Of a stretch of 64,000 nt of DNA, positions 19,578 to 29,490 are shown piece after piece (within the stretch, counting starts at the first letter, position 1; the number at the start of each line of letters is the position of its first letter). Source of the DNA: an uncultured Bacteroidota bacterium. Lineage in GTDB: Bacteria; Bacteroidota; Bacteroidia; Flavobacteriales; TMED113. Location: the NCBI GenBank assembly GCA_902533035.1, contig CACAKI010000001.1, positions 33,917 through 97,916 on the forward strand, written 5' to 3'. Both the position numbers and the translations under genes were made by a program. The notes under the pieces are model-generated. The model was not told where the DNA came from. It did not search any database and was given only the letters and a program-made list of their open reading frames with translations.

Positions 19578-21351
19578 AAATTTTATTGTATAGATTAGAG
19601 TATTTTTCTAAAATATTTCTTCTTTTTAATTTTAATGTTGCAGTTAATTCTCCACCATCAGGTGACCATGCCTTTCCAATTAACACAAACTTTTTAATTC
19701 TTTCAAATTGACTGAAGTTTTCATTGTATTTTGTTATTTCATTTTCAAATACTTCTAATACTTTTGGGTTTCTAATTATTTGTTCAGAGTCAGAGTATGA
19801 AATATTGTTATTTTTACACCAATCTTCTAAATATAAAAAATCTGGGACTATGAATGCGGCGGGATGTTTTTGGTTTTCACCAATTACCATTAATTGTTCT
19901 ATAAAAATAGATTGTTTGAATTTGTTTTCCATTACTTGAGGGGCTATATACTTTCCTCCAGAAGTTTTGAAGATCTCTTTTTTTCTGTCAGTTATTTTTA
20001 AATATTTTCCCTCAATTAAGGTTCCAATATCTCCCGTGTGAAACCAACCGTCTTTGTTAATCACTTTTCTTGTTTCGTCTGGCTTATTGTAATAACCTAA
20101 CATGACATTAGGTCCTTTTACTAAAATTTCCCCTTCTCCTTCTCTCATTCCTTCTTCGTGATTAATTTTTATTTTAACCCCCTGAATTACCGGCCCAACA
20201 GTTCCATAACAAGAATTTTTAGAGTTTGCGAAATTAACTGAAACAACAGGTGAGGTTTCAGTTAGGCCATAACCTTCACTAACAGGCATTTTTGCTGCTG
20301 TAAAAACTCTCGCAAGCCTTTCTTGTAGTGCTGCGGATCCGGAAATAATCATTCTTATTCTTCCACCAACTGCTTCTCTCCATTTATTAAAGATTAATTT
20401 GTTTGCAATTTTTAATTGTAATTCGTACCAAAATCCATTTTTTCCATTATACTCATGTTTTAGCCCTAGGTTTACCGCCCAAAAAAATAACTTCTTTTTA
20501 AATCCTTCTAACGATTCTCCTTTTGTCATGATTTTGTCATATACTTTTTCTAATAATCTAGGAACTGTAGGCATTAATGTTGGTTTAATTATTTTTAGAT
20601 CATCTCCTATTGTCTCAATACTTCCGTAATAAATAGAAACGCCTTTAAACATATAGAAATATTCAACCATTCTTTCAAATACGTGAGATAGAGGTAGGAA
20701 GCTAATTGCTCTATCATTTTTACCCCAATCTAAAGCATCCCTTAAAGCTGAAATTTGGCTGATTATATTGGAATGTGTTATCATCACTCCCTTTGGGTTT
20801 CCAGTGGTTCCAGAAGTATATATTAAAGTAAAAAGATCATCATCAGTTATGCTTTTTTGAATTGTTGCCATCTTTTCGTTTTGAGGTTTTGTGACCCCTA
20901 ATTCTATTAAATCTTCCCAATTTTTTACGTTTTCTATTTTTTCAAAAGAGTATATGAATTGTAATGTGGGAATTTCATTTTCAAGACCTTCTATTTTTTT
21001 AAATATTTCTTCGTTTTCTACAAAAATTAATTTTGCTTCAGAATCATTGATAATATACTTGTAGTCTGATCTAGTTATATTTGAATACAATGGTGTATTT
21101 ATTCCACCAATTTTATTAATACCCATATCACAAAGGCTCCATTCAGTTCTATTATTTGAAATAATACATACTTTATCACCTTTAGAAATTCCGAGATTTA
21201 ACAATCCGCTACCAATTGCATCAGATGTTTGAATATATTCACTACAACTATATTTTTTCCAAGTACCATTTTTCCGGCCAGCAATCATATCTTCTTTATC
21301 AAAAAGATTAGCATATCTTCTATCAAGTTCATAAATTTTTAAATCTTCCAT
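19561..21351 (-). CDS. Long-chain fatty-acid-CoA ligase (AMP-forming)
   Basis: AMP-binding motif YTSGTTGNPKGV, plus EGYGLTE, TGDIG and KTSGGKYIAP. There is a 17-nt overlap with the next gene. Confidence 0.9.
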   Translation of the reverse strand: MEDLKIYELDRRYANLFDKEDMIAGRKNGTWKKYSCSEYIQTSDAIGSGLLNLGISKGDKVCIISNNRTEWSLCDMGINKIGGINTPLYSNITRSDYKYIINDSEAKLIFVENEEIFKKIEGLENEIPTLQFIYSFEKIENVKNWEDLIELGVTKPQNEKMATIQKSITDDDLFTLIYTSGTTGNPKGVMITHSNIISQISALRDALDWGKNDRAISFLPLSHVFERMVEYFYMFKGVSIYYGSIETIGDDLKIIKPTLMPTVPRLLEKVYDKIMTKGESLEGFKKKLFFWAVNLGLKHEYNGKNGFWYELQLKIANKLIFNKWREAVGGRIRMIISGSAALQERLARVFTAAKMPVSEGYGLTETSPVVSVNFANSKNSCYGTVGPVIQGVKIKINHEEGMREGEGEILVKGPNVMLGYYNKPDETRKVINKDGWFHTGDIGTLIEGKYLKITDRKKEIFKTSGGKYIAPQVMENKFKQSIFIEQLMVIGENQKHPAAFIVPDFLYLEDWCKNNNISYSDSEQIIRNPKVLEVFENEITKYNENFSQFERIKKFVLIGKAWSPDGGELTATLKLKRRNILEKYSNLYNKIFEKNE

Positions 21352-21386
21352 GTCGAATAAATTAGGGTTATGTTTACAAAATAAGA

Positions 21387-21417
21387 AAATAAAAATTTAA
21401 AAGTTAAATTTTTATTT
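21387..21417. repeat. Perfect 14-bp-arm AT inverted repeat AAATAAAAATTTAA-aag-TTAAATTTTTATTT in the divergent fad/purL promoter region
   Basis: Read directly from the sequence. It shares the 13-mer AATAAAAATTTAA with the palindrome at 36330..36351. Confidence 0.6.
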
Positions 21418-21465
21418 CTATATTCCATTTTTTGTTATTTAGTTTAATTAATTTTTTGATTTTAT

Positions 21466-23700
21466 ATGCAAAAACATATGGAAAAAACAGCTGATCTTGC
21501 TGATGCCATTGAAATGGGGCTATTAGCTGAGGAATATGATCAAATCTGTCGTATTTTAACTAGAGAGCCTAATTATACAGAGTTATGTATTTTTTCAGTT
21601 ATGTGGTCTGAACATTGTTCTTATAAAAATTCTATTTCTTGGTTAAAAAAATTACCAAAAAAGGGATCAAAAATATTAATTGAAGCAGGTGAGGAAAATG
21701 CAGGTTTAGTAGATATTGGTGATGGATTAGCTTGTGTTTTTAAAATAGAATCACATAATCATCCTTCTGCATTAGAGCCGTATCAAGGGGCTGCTACTGG
21801 CGTTGGAGGTATAAATCGTGATATTTTCACTATGGGAGCTAGACCTATTGCTCAATTAAATTCTTTAAGATTTGGAGACATTAATTTATCACACACACAA
21901 TGGTTAATGAAAGGAGTTGTGAAAGGCATTGGTGATTATGGTAATTCATTTGGAATACCTATTGTTGGAGGTGAGGTTTATTTTGATAAAAGTTACAATA
22001 CAAATCCTCTCGTAAATGCATTTTCTGCTGGAGTAGTGGATACGAAAAATGTTATTTCAGCAGTTGCTTCTGGAGAAGGAAATCCTGTTTTTATTGTTGG
22101 TTCTTCAACTGGAAAAGATGGGATAAATGGAGCTGCTTTTGCTTCGAAAGATTTAACAGAAGATTCAGCTGATGATATTCCTTCTGTACAAGTTGGAGAT
22201 CCTTTTCAAGAAAAATTATTACTTGAGGCTACAATGGAGTTAAGTAAAACTAATGCTATTGTTGGCATGCAAGATATGGGTGCTGCTGGCATTATTTGTT
22301 CTACATCTGAAATGAGTGCTTCAGGAAATTGTGGAATGAAAATTAATTTAGATAAAATCCCTACTCGACAAAAAAATATGAAACCTTTTGAAATTCTACT
22401 TTCAGAATCTCAAGAAAGAATGTTAGTGGTTGTGAAAAAGGGGAAAGAAAAACAAGTTCAAGCTATTTTTAAAAAATGGGATTTAAATTGTGAAAAAGTA
22501 GGTGTTGTTACAGATAGTAAAGATTTAATTTTTTATTTCCAGAAACATAAAGTAGCTCAAGTCCCTGCTGAATCTTTAGTTTTAGGTGGAGGCGCGCCTG
22601 TATACAATAGAGAATATAAAGAACCTGCTTATTTTAACCAGTTTAAGCAATTTGATATAAATAATATTGCTATACCATTTGATATAGTAGATGTAGCTCA
22701 TCAAATTATTTCTTTACCAAATATTTGTTCTAAACGTTGGGTGTATGAGCAATACGATTCAATGGTTGGTACTGTTAATATGACAACAAACAACCCATCT
22801 GATGCTGCTGTAGTTAATTTAAAAGACACACAGAAATGTTTGGCTTTTTCTGTTGATTGTAATTCTAGATATGTGAAAGCAGACCCTCAATTAGGATGTG
22901 AAATAGCTGTAGCGGAGGCTGCTAGAAATATTATATGTTCAGGCGCTGAGCCAACGGCAATAACTAATTGTTTAAATTTTGGTAATCCTTATGATCCTGA
23001 AGTTTATTGGCAATTTGTTGGGTCAATAAAAGGTATGAGTAATGCTTGTAAAAAATTCAAAACTCCAGTTACTGGTGGTAATGTTAGTTTTTATAATCAA
23101 ACGAGTAAAGATGGGAATGTTGAACCATGTTTTCCTACTCCAACTATCGGTATGTTAGGAGTGATGGAGGATAAAAGCTTTTTTACTACGTTAGATTTTA
23201 AAAATGAAAATGATATTATATATTTATTAGGCCCATCTAAAGATGATATTTCATCCTCTGAATATCTAGTTAATATATTAAATGTTTCAGATAGTTCAAC
23301 TCCTTTTTTTGATATTGATTTAGAATTTCAATTACATGAATTAATGAAACAATTAATAAGAGAAAAACACATTCAATCTGCTCATGATATTTCTGAGGGT
23401 GGACTATTTACAGCTTTAGTTGAGAGCTCGCTTCCTAGAGATTTAGGATGTGAAATTTATACAGATCAGGCATTTAGACAAGATTCGTATTTGTTTGGAG
23501 AATCTCAAAGTAGAATTTTAATTTCTATTGATCCTTCCAAAGAAAAAGTATTTAAGAAATTCATGAATAAATCTAAATTCCCTTTTTACAAATTAGGACA
23601 TGTTGTGAAGGGAAAAGTTCTTATTGATGATATTGATTTTGGGAAAATCAAATTCTTAGCAGAAAAATATAATACTGCTTTAGAAAAAAAAGTCAAATAA
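21466..23700 (+). CDS. purL: Phosphoribosylformylglycinamidine synthase subunit PurL
   Basis: 744 aa. Motifs WSEHCSYK, ESHNHPSALEPYQGAATGVGG and DMGAAG. Confidence 0.95.
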   Translation: MQKHMEKTADLADAIEMGLLAEEYDQICRILTREPNYTELCIFSVMWSEHCSYKNSISWLKKLPKKGSKILIEAGEENAGLVDIGDGLACVFKIESHNHPSALEPYQGAATGVGGINRDIFTMGARPIAQLNSLRFGDINLSHTQWLMKGVVKGIGDYGNSFGIPIVGGEVYFDKSYNTNPLVNAFSAGVVDTKNVISAVASGEGNPVFIVGSSTGKDGINGAAFASKDLTEDSADDIPSVQVGDPFQEKLLLEATMELSKTNAIVGMQDMGAAGIICSTSEMSASGNCGMKINLDKIPTRQKNMKPFEILLSESQERMLVVVKKGKEKQVQAIFKKWDLNCEKVGVVTDSKDLIFYFQKHKVAQVPAESLVLGGGAPVYNREYKEPAYFNQFKQFDINNIAIPFDIVDVAHQIISLPNICSKRWVYEQYDSMVGTVNMTTNNPSDAAVVNLKDTQKCLAFSVDCNSRYVKADPQLGCEIAVAEAARNIICSGAEPTAITNCLNFGNPYDPEVYWQFVGSIKGMSNACKKFKTPVTGGNVSFYNQTSKDGNVEPCFPTPTIGMLGVMEDKSFFTTLDFKNENDIIYLLGPSKDDISSSEYLVNILNVSDSSTPFFDIDLEFQLHELMKQLIREKHIQSAHDISEGGLFTALVESSLPRDLGCEIYTDQAFRQDSYLFGESQSRILISIDPSKEKVFKKFMNKSKFPFYKLGHVVKGKVLIDDIDFGKIKFLAEKYNTALEKKVK

Positions 23701-23713
23701 AATTTTATTTTTT

Positions 23714-25801
23714 ATGATTAATTCCTCTTTAGAATATTTAAAGGGAGTTGGGTCTCATCGAGCTTTGCTTCTCTTTGAAGAGTTGGGTCTTAAAACATTA
23801 AAAGATTTAATTTATTTTTTTCCATTTAGGTATATTGATAGAACAAGGTTTTACAAAATCAGTGAAATTGAAGATGTAAATTTAGACATTCAATTGATTG
23901 GGTTTGTGAAATCTATTGAGGAGCAAGGTTTTGGAAGAAAGAAAAGATTAGTCGTGATTTTTTCTGACAATGAGCAAACTATAGAATTAGTTTTTTTTAA
24001 GAGAATTTCTTGGATAAAAAAAGCCATAAAAGTTTCTGGAAAATATGTTGTTTTTGGGAAGCCTAATTTATTTAATGGGGTGTATTCTTTTGTGCATCCA
24101 GAAATGGATTTGATAGATGATTTAAATTCTCCTAAAAGTGCACATTTTCAACCAGTTTATCATTCTACAGAAAGATTAAAAAAGAACAATTTAAACAATC
24201 GATATATTTCTAGACTTATTAGATTAGCTATATTAAAAGCTGAAGGCAACATAATAGAAAATCTATCTATTCAAATTATCAAAAAAAATAATTTAATATG
24301 TAGAAAAGATGCATTATTTAATATTCATTTTCCAGAAACTCAAGAGTTGTTAAATCAATCTGTTTTTAGATTAAAGTTTGAAGAATTGTTTTTTTTACAA
24401 TTATTGATTTTAAAAAACAAAGCTTTAAATCAAAAAATAAAATCTTTTCGATTTAAAAAAATAGGAGATAATTTTAACGGATTATTTCAAAATTTACCTT
24501 TTCAACTTACTAGAGCTCAAAAAAAAGTGATTAAGGACATAAGAAAAGATGTCTTAAGTGGGTTTCAAATGAATAGATTGATTCAAGGAGATGTTGGATC
24601 AGGAAAAACAGTGGTTGCCATAATGTCTTTAATGATGTCTCTTGATAATGGTTTTCAAGCTGCATTGATGGTTCCAACAGCTGTTTTGGCGCACCAACAT
24701 TATAGCACTATACTTAAGTTTTGTGAATCTTTAAAATTAAATGTAGGATTATTAACTGGTTCGACTAAATCTTTAGAAAAAAAACAAATTATTTCAGATC
24801 TTTCTGATGGAAAAATAGACATTATAATTGGAACTCATGCTCTGATAGAAGACAATGTAATATTTAAAAATTTAGGATTAGTTATAATAGATGAGCAACA
24901 TAAGTTTGGTGTAGCTCAAAGAGCAAGGTTGTCTAAAAAATCTCTTTTTCCTCCACACGTGATTGTGTTAACAGCAACTCCAATTCCTCGAACATTAGCT
25001 ATGACTTTTTATGGAGATTTAGATGTGTCAATTATAGATGAATTGCCACCCGGAAGAAAGGAGATAAAAACAGTTCATAAATATGATAAAGATAAAGAAG
25101 TTGTTTTGTCTTTTTTAAGAGAGAAATTAGAATTAGGTCAGCAGGTGTATATTATTTATCCTTTGATTGAAGAAAGTGAAAAGTTAGATTATAAAAATTT
25201 ATTAACAGCTTTTGAATATTTGGATCAATATTTTTCAAATCATGGTTTTGTTGTGTCTATGTTACATGGAAGAATGAAAAATGAAGAAAAGAATAAACAG
25301 ATGAAAAGCTTTTTAAATAATAAAAGTCAAATATTAGTATCAACCACTGTTATAGAGGTAGGTTTAGATGTAAAAAATGCATCTGTGATGTTAATTGAAA
25401 ACGCTGAGCGTTTTGGTTTGGCTCAGTTACACCAGCTTAGAGGTCGGGTGGGTCGAGGAAATAATCAATCATTTTGTATATTAAAAACACCATACAATAT
25501 AAGTTATGAAGCAAAATATAGAATTAATGTGCTGGTGGATTCTTCTGATGGATTTCATATTTCTGAAGCAGATTTGAAGCTTAGGGGCCCTGGGGATATT
25601 ATGGGTACTCAACAAAGTGGAATACTTAATTTGAAAATATCAAATTTGGTTAAGGATACTGATATTTTGATTTTAGCTAGAAAATTTGCAAAAGATTTAT
25701 TATATAATGATCCAGATATAAAAGGTGATCAAAATAAATTGATTAAAAATTTTTATTTATTAAATTTTTCAGAAAAAATAAAGTGGGGAAGAATTTCATA
25801 A
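23714..25801 (+). CDS. recG: ATP-dependent DNA helicase RecG
   Basis: Walker A GDVGSGKT, DEQH box, TATPIPRT, and HQLRGRVGRG near the C-terminus. Confidence 0.95.
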   Translation: MINSSLEYLKGVGSHRALLLFEELGLKTLKDLIYFFPFRYIDRTRFYKISEIEDVNLDIQLIGFVKSIEEQGFGRKKRLVVIFSDNEQTIELVFFKRISWIKKAIKVSGKYVVFGKPNLFNGVYSFVHPEMDLIDDLNSPKSAHFQPVYHSTERLKKNNLNNRYISRLIRLAILKAEGNIIENLSIQIIKKNNLICRKDALFNIHFPETQELLNQSVFRLKFEELFFLQLLILKNKALNQKIKSFRFKKIGDNFNGLFQNLPFQLTRAQKKVIKDIRKDVLSGFQMNRLIQGDVGSGKTVVAIMSLMMSLDNGFQAALMVPTAVLAHQHYSTILKFCESLKLNVGLLTGSTKSLEKKQIISDLSDGKIDIIIGTHALIEDNVIFKNLGLVIIDEQHKFGVAQRARLSKKSLFPPHVIVLTATPIPRTLAMTFYGDLDVSIIDELPPGRKEIKTVHKYDKDKEVVLSFLREKLELGQQVYIIYPLIEESEKLDYKNLLTAFEYLDQYFSNHGFVVSMLHGRMKNEEKNKQMKSFLNNKSQILVSTTVIEVGLDVKNASVMLIENAERFGLAQLHQLRGRVGRGNNQSFCILKTPYNISYEAKYRINVLVDSSDGFHISEADLKLRGPGDIMGTQQSGILNLKISNLVKDTDILILARKFAKDLLYNDPDIKGDQNKLIKNFYLLNFSEKIKWGRIS

Positions 25802-25854
25802 AAAGCGATTTATAAATGATTAATTTTTTACATTTACTACAAATTATTTTATAA

Positions 25855-28332
25855 ATGAGAGTTTCTTATAATTGGTTAAAGGAGTATTTAGATTTCAACT
25901 CTTCTATTGAGGAAATTTCTGAGATCTTAACTAATAGTGGCTTGGAAGTTGAAAAAGCACACCCATTCTTTAATAATTTTGATTCATTCAGTGATTTAGT
26001 TATTGGATATGTTGTGGATTGCAAACAACATCCAAACGCTGATAAATTAAAAATAGTTCAAGTTGATATTGGAAAATCAATTAAGAATATCATTTGTGGT
26101 GCTTCAAATATTAAAAAGGATGTATTTGTAGTCGTTGCAAAATCAGGTACTACAATTACCAATTTAAATAATGAATCTTTTACAATTAGTAAAGTAAAAA
26201 TAAGAGGAGAGTACTCTGAAGGAATGATTTGTTCTGAGTTTGAGATAGGTATTGGAAGTAGCAATGAAGGTGTAATGATTTTGAATAAAAATTTAAAATT
26301 AAAATCAGGTCAAGGATTAGTAGAATGTTTGAATCTAAAACAAGATTATTTTTTAGAAATAGGCTTAACTCCAAATCGAACGGATGCTTTTGGTCATATA
26401 GGTGTTTGTAGAGATATAAAGTCTGTATTAAATCTCCAAGGATATAATTTAGAATTAAAACTACCTGATTTTGAGTTTAAAAATGATAATACAGAGTTAC
26501 CTATTTTAATTAATGTGAAAGATATGGATATTTGTCCTTTTTATTGTGGTGTCACTATTCAAAATGTTTCTGTATCAGAATCACCAATGTGGTTAAAGCA
26601 AAAATTAAATTCTATAGGAATTTCATCTGTTAATAATATAGTGGATATTACAAATTTCGTTTTGTTTGAAACGGGCAATCCATTACATGCTTTTGATTAT
26701 GATTTAATTGATCATAATGAATTAGTTATCAAAAAAGTTGAGAAAAATTCTGTTTTTAAAAAAATAGATGGTGAGGAGATTAAATTACATAAAGATGATT
26801 TAATTATCTCTGATTCTTCAAAACCTTTATGTCTTGCTGGTATAATAGGTGGTCAAGAATCTTGTGTTACAAAAGAAACAAAAAATATTTTTTTAGAATC
26901 AGCGTATTTTTCACCTAGTTCAATTCGTAGGTCTTCTAAAAGACATGGTATTCAGACAGATGCATCTTATAGATTTGAAAGAGGAGTGGATATTGGTAAT
27001 TGTGAATTTGCTCTAAAGAGAGCAGCTGTGTTAATAAAATCTATTATTCCTGAAGCTCAAATAAGTTCTAAAATTGTGTCAATTTTTGACAAAAAAACAA
27101 TAAAAAAGAAATCTATTAAATGGTCTTTTGAAAAATTTGAAAAGTTATTGGGGCAAAAAATCCAAAAATCTATAATAGAAAAGATCTTAATAGATTTAGA
27201 TTTCAAAATTTTGGGAAAAGATGGATTGATTGACGGTTGTTTTTTGGAAGTGCCAAGTTATAGAGTGGATGTTTATAGGGATGTTGATGTTTTTGAGGAA
27301 GTTCTTCGAATTTTTGGCTTTGGGAAAATTAATAATTCTAAAAACATTTCTTTTCCAGTTTCAAATAACCATAATTCATATGAGAATCATAGTGTAAAAG
27401 AAAAAGTTTCTAATTTTTTATCCAATATTGGTTTTTTTGAGATCAAGACTAATTCATTAGTTAGTTCGCAAATTTTAGAAAGATACCATGTTCTAAATAA
27501 TAGTGTGAAAATTATAAATGCAGTAAGTTCTGATATGAATGTTCTAAGGCCCTCGATTTTGTTTGGTGGCTTAGAATCAGTTAGACACAATTTAAATCGA
27601 CAAAATAGGAATCTTCTTTTTTTTGAATTTGGAAATATTTATTTAAAAGATAAAAAAATTATTGAAAAGCCATTTTTAGATTTATTTTTTACTGGGGATT
27701 ATTTTGATGAGAATTGGAATCAAAATAGTAAAAAATTAGATTTATTTTCTATTAAAGGGTTTATAAAAAGAATTTTTAATTTATTTTTTATAAGTAATTC
27801 TGTTGATTTTAAGCAAGGCGGAATAGAGTCGTTAGTTTTTTTAAATAATAAAGAAAAAATATTTAAAAAATCAATGTTATATAAAATAGAAGAAAAAGTA
27901 ATAGCCCAATTAGGTTCTCTTTCGGATGGTGTTCTTAAAGATTTTAATATTAAAGAAGACGTGTTTTATTGCTCTATTGATTGGTCTTTTTTTATTTCAA
28001 ACATTAAAAGAGATAATGTTAAATTTAAGAAACTACCTAAATTCCCTAAGGTAAGACGTGATTTAGCTATTGTTATTAATGAGAATGTGTCTTTTTTAGA
28101 GTTACAAAAATCAGCATTTAAAATTTCAAAAAACCTACTGAAAGAAGTAATTATTTTTGATGTTTTTCGTGGAAAAAATATAGAAAAAGGAAAAAAATCT
28201 TATGCTCTTGGTTTTGTTTTTCAAGATGAAAATAAAACTTTAACTGATCAATTAGTAGATGGGATTATAAAGAAAATATATTATGATTTTAAAGATAAAT
28301 TTTCTGCAAAACTTCGAGATGGAGAATTGTAG
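25855..28332 (+). CDS. pheT: Phenylalanine-tRNA ligase beta subunit
   Basis: 825 aa. It begins MRVSYNWLKEYL, has an HPNADKL tRNA-binding domain, and ends ...KLRDGEL. Confidence 0.95.
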   Translation: MRVSYNWLKEYLDFNSSIEEISEILTNSGLEVEKAHPFFNNFDSFSDLVIGYVVDCKQHPNADKLKIVQVDIGKSIKNIICGASNIKKDVFVVVAKSGTTITNLNNESFTISKVKIRGEYSEGMICSEFEIGIGSSNEGVMILNKNLKLKSGQGLVECLNLKQDYFLEIGLTPNRTDAFGHIGVCRDIKSVLNLQGYNLELKLPDFEFKNDNTELPILINVKDMDICPFYCGVTIQNVSVSESPMWLKQKLNSIGISSVNNIVDITNFVLFETGNPLHAFDYDLIDHNELVIKKVEKNSVFKKIDGEEIKLHKDDLIISDSSKPLCLAGIIGGQESCVTKETKNIFLESAYFSPSSIRRSSKRHGIQTDASYRFERGVDIGNCEFALKRAAVLIKSIIPEAQISSKIVSIFDKKTIKKKSIKWSFEKFEKLLGQKIQKSIIEKILIDLDFKILGKDGLIDGCFLEVPSYRVDVYRDVDVFEEVLRIFGFGKINNSKNISFPVSNNHNSYENHSVKEKVSNFLSNIGFFEIKTNSLVSSQILERYHVLNNSVKIINAVSSDMNVLRPSILFGGLESVRHNLNRQNRNLLFFEFGNIYLKDKKIIEKPFLDLFFTGDYFDENWNQNSKKLDLFSIKGFIKRIFNLFFISNSVDFKQGGIESLVFLNNKEKIFKKSMLYKIEEKVIAQLGSLSDGVLKDFNIKEDVFYCSIDWSFFISNIKRDNVKFKKLPKFPKVRRDLAIVINENVSFLELQKSAFKISKNLLKEVIIFDVFRGKNIEKGKKSYALGFVFQDENKTLTDQLVDGIIKKIYYDFKDKFSAKLRDGEL

Positions 28333-29490
28333 TTAAACATATTTTTTTATATCATCTATAGATATTGTTTTATCTGTCAATATAATTAACCTTTCAATTA
28401 CATTTTTTAATTGTCGTATATTACCTGACCATTTTTTTTCTTTTAATAAACTAATTGCTTCTTGTTCGATATATTTTTTTTTAATTCCTTGTTCGTTACA
28501 AATTTCATTAGTAAAATAATCAATTAAAATGGGTATATCTTCTTTTCTTTGTCTTAAAGGTGGAACTTGTATTTTGATTACACTTAATCTATGATATAAG
28601 TCTTCTCTAAATTTTTTTTCTTGTATTTCTTTTTCAAGGTTTTTGTTTGTTGCAGCGATTACTCTTACATCAATTTCTATTTCTTTTTCTCCGCCAACTC
28701 TGCTAATTTTATTTTCTTGTAATGCTCTCAGTACTTTAGCTTGAGCAGACAAGCTCATGTCTCCAATTTCATCTAAAAAAATAGTCCCTCCATTTGCAAT
28801 TTCAAACTTTCCTTTTTTTTGTTTATTGGCCGATGTAAAAGATCCTTTCTCATGTCCAAATAATTCACTTTCAATTAATTCTGATGGTATTGCAGCACAG
28901 TTGACTTCAATTATTGGTATTTTAAATCTGGGGCTTTTTTCATGAATAGCATGTGCTACTAATTCTTTTCCTGTTCCATTTTCTCCTGTGATTAAAACTC
29001 TGCTGTTGGTAGGTGCAACTTTTTCAATCATTGCTTCAATCTGTATGAGTCCCTCAGATTTCCCAATCATTTGATATTTCTTTTTAACTTTCTTTTTTAA
29101 TATTTTATTTTCATGATTTAAATTTTTATTATTTAATCCATTTCTGATAGTTGTCAATAATCTATTTAAGTCAGGTGGTTTACTTATGTAATCATACGCT
29201 CCATTTTTTATGCATTCTACGGCGGTTTCTAAATCTCCGTGACCTGATATCATAATAAATGGAAGATGGTAGTCTAATTTTTTGATTTTTTTTAATACCT
29301 CAAGGCCATCTAATTTAGGCATTTTGATATCACATAATGCTAAATCATAATTATTTGCAAAAATTTTTTTAACTCCTTCTTCTCCGTCAGATGCTTCATC
29401 TACGATATAATTTTTATTTTCATCAATTAGAATATTTTTTAATACATTTCTAATTGACTTTTCATCTTCTATAATAATGATTCTTGCCAT
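28333..29490 (-). CDS. Sigma-54-dependent response regulator (REC + AAA+ activator) with no C-terminal HTH DNA-binding domain
   Basis: REC domain with the phospho-acceptor context LALCDIKMP. AAA+ module has Walker A GENGTGKE, Walker B GTIFLDEIG, a GSFTSA loop in place of GAFTGA, RVIAATN and FREDLYHRL. The protein ends ~30 aa after sensor II (WSGNIRQLKNVIERL). Confidence 0.85.
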   Translation of the reverse strand: MARIIIIEDEKSIRNVLKNILIDENKNYIVDEASDGEEGVKKIFANNYDLALCDIKMPKLDGLEVLKKIKKLDYHLPFIMISGHGDLETAVECIKNGAYDYISKPPDLNRLLTTIRNGLNNKNLNHENKILKKKVKKKYQMIGKSEGLIQIEAMIEKVAPTNSRVLITGENGTGKELVAHAIHEKSPRFKIPIIEVNCAAIPSELIESELFGHEKGSFTSANKQKKGKFEIANGGTIFLDEIGDMSLSAQAKVLRALQENKISRVGGEKEIEIDVRVIAATNKNLEKEIQEKKFREDLYHRLSVIKIQVPPLRQRKEDIPILIDYFTNEICNEQGIKKKYIEQEAISLLKEKKWSGNIRQLKNVIERLIILTDKTISIDDIKKYV

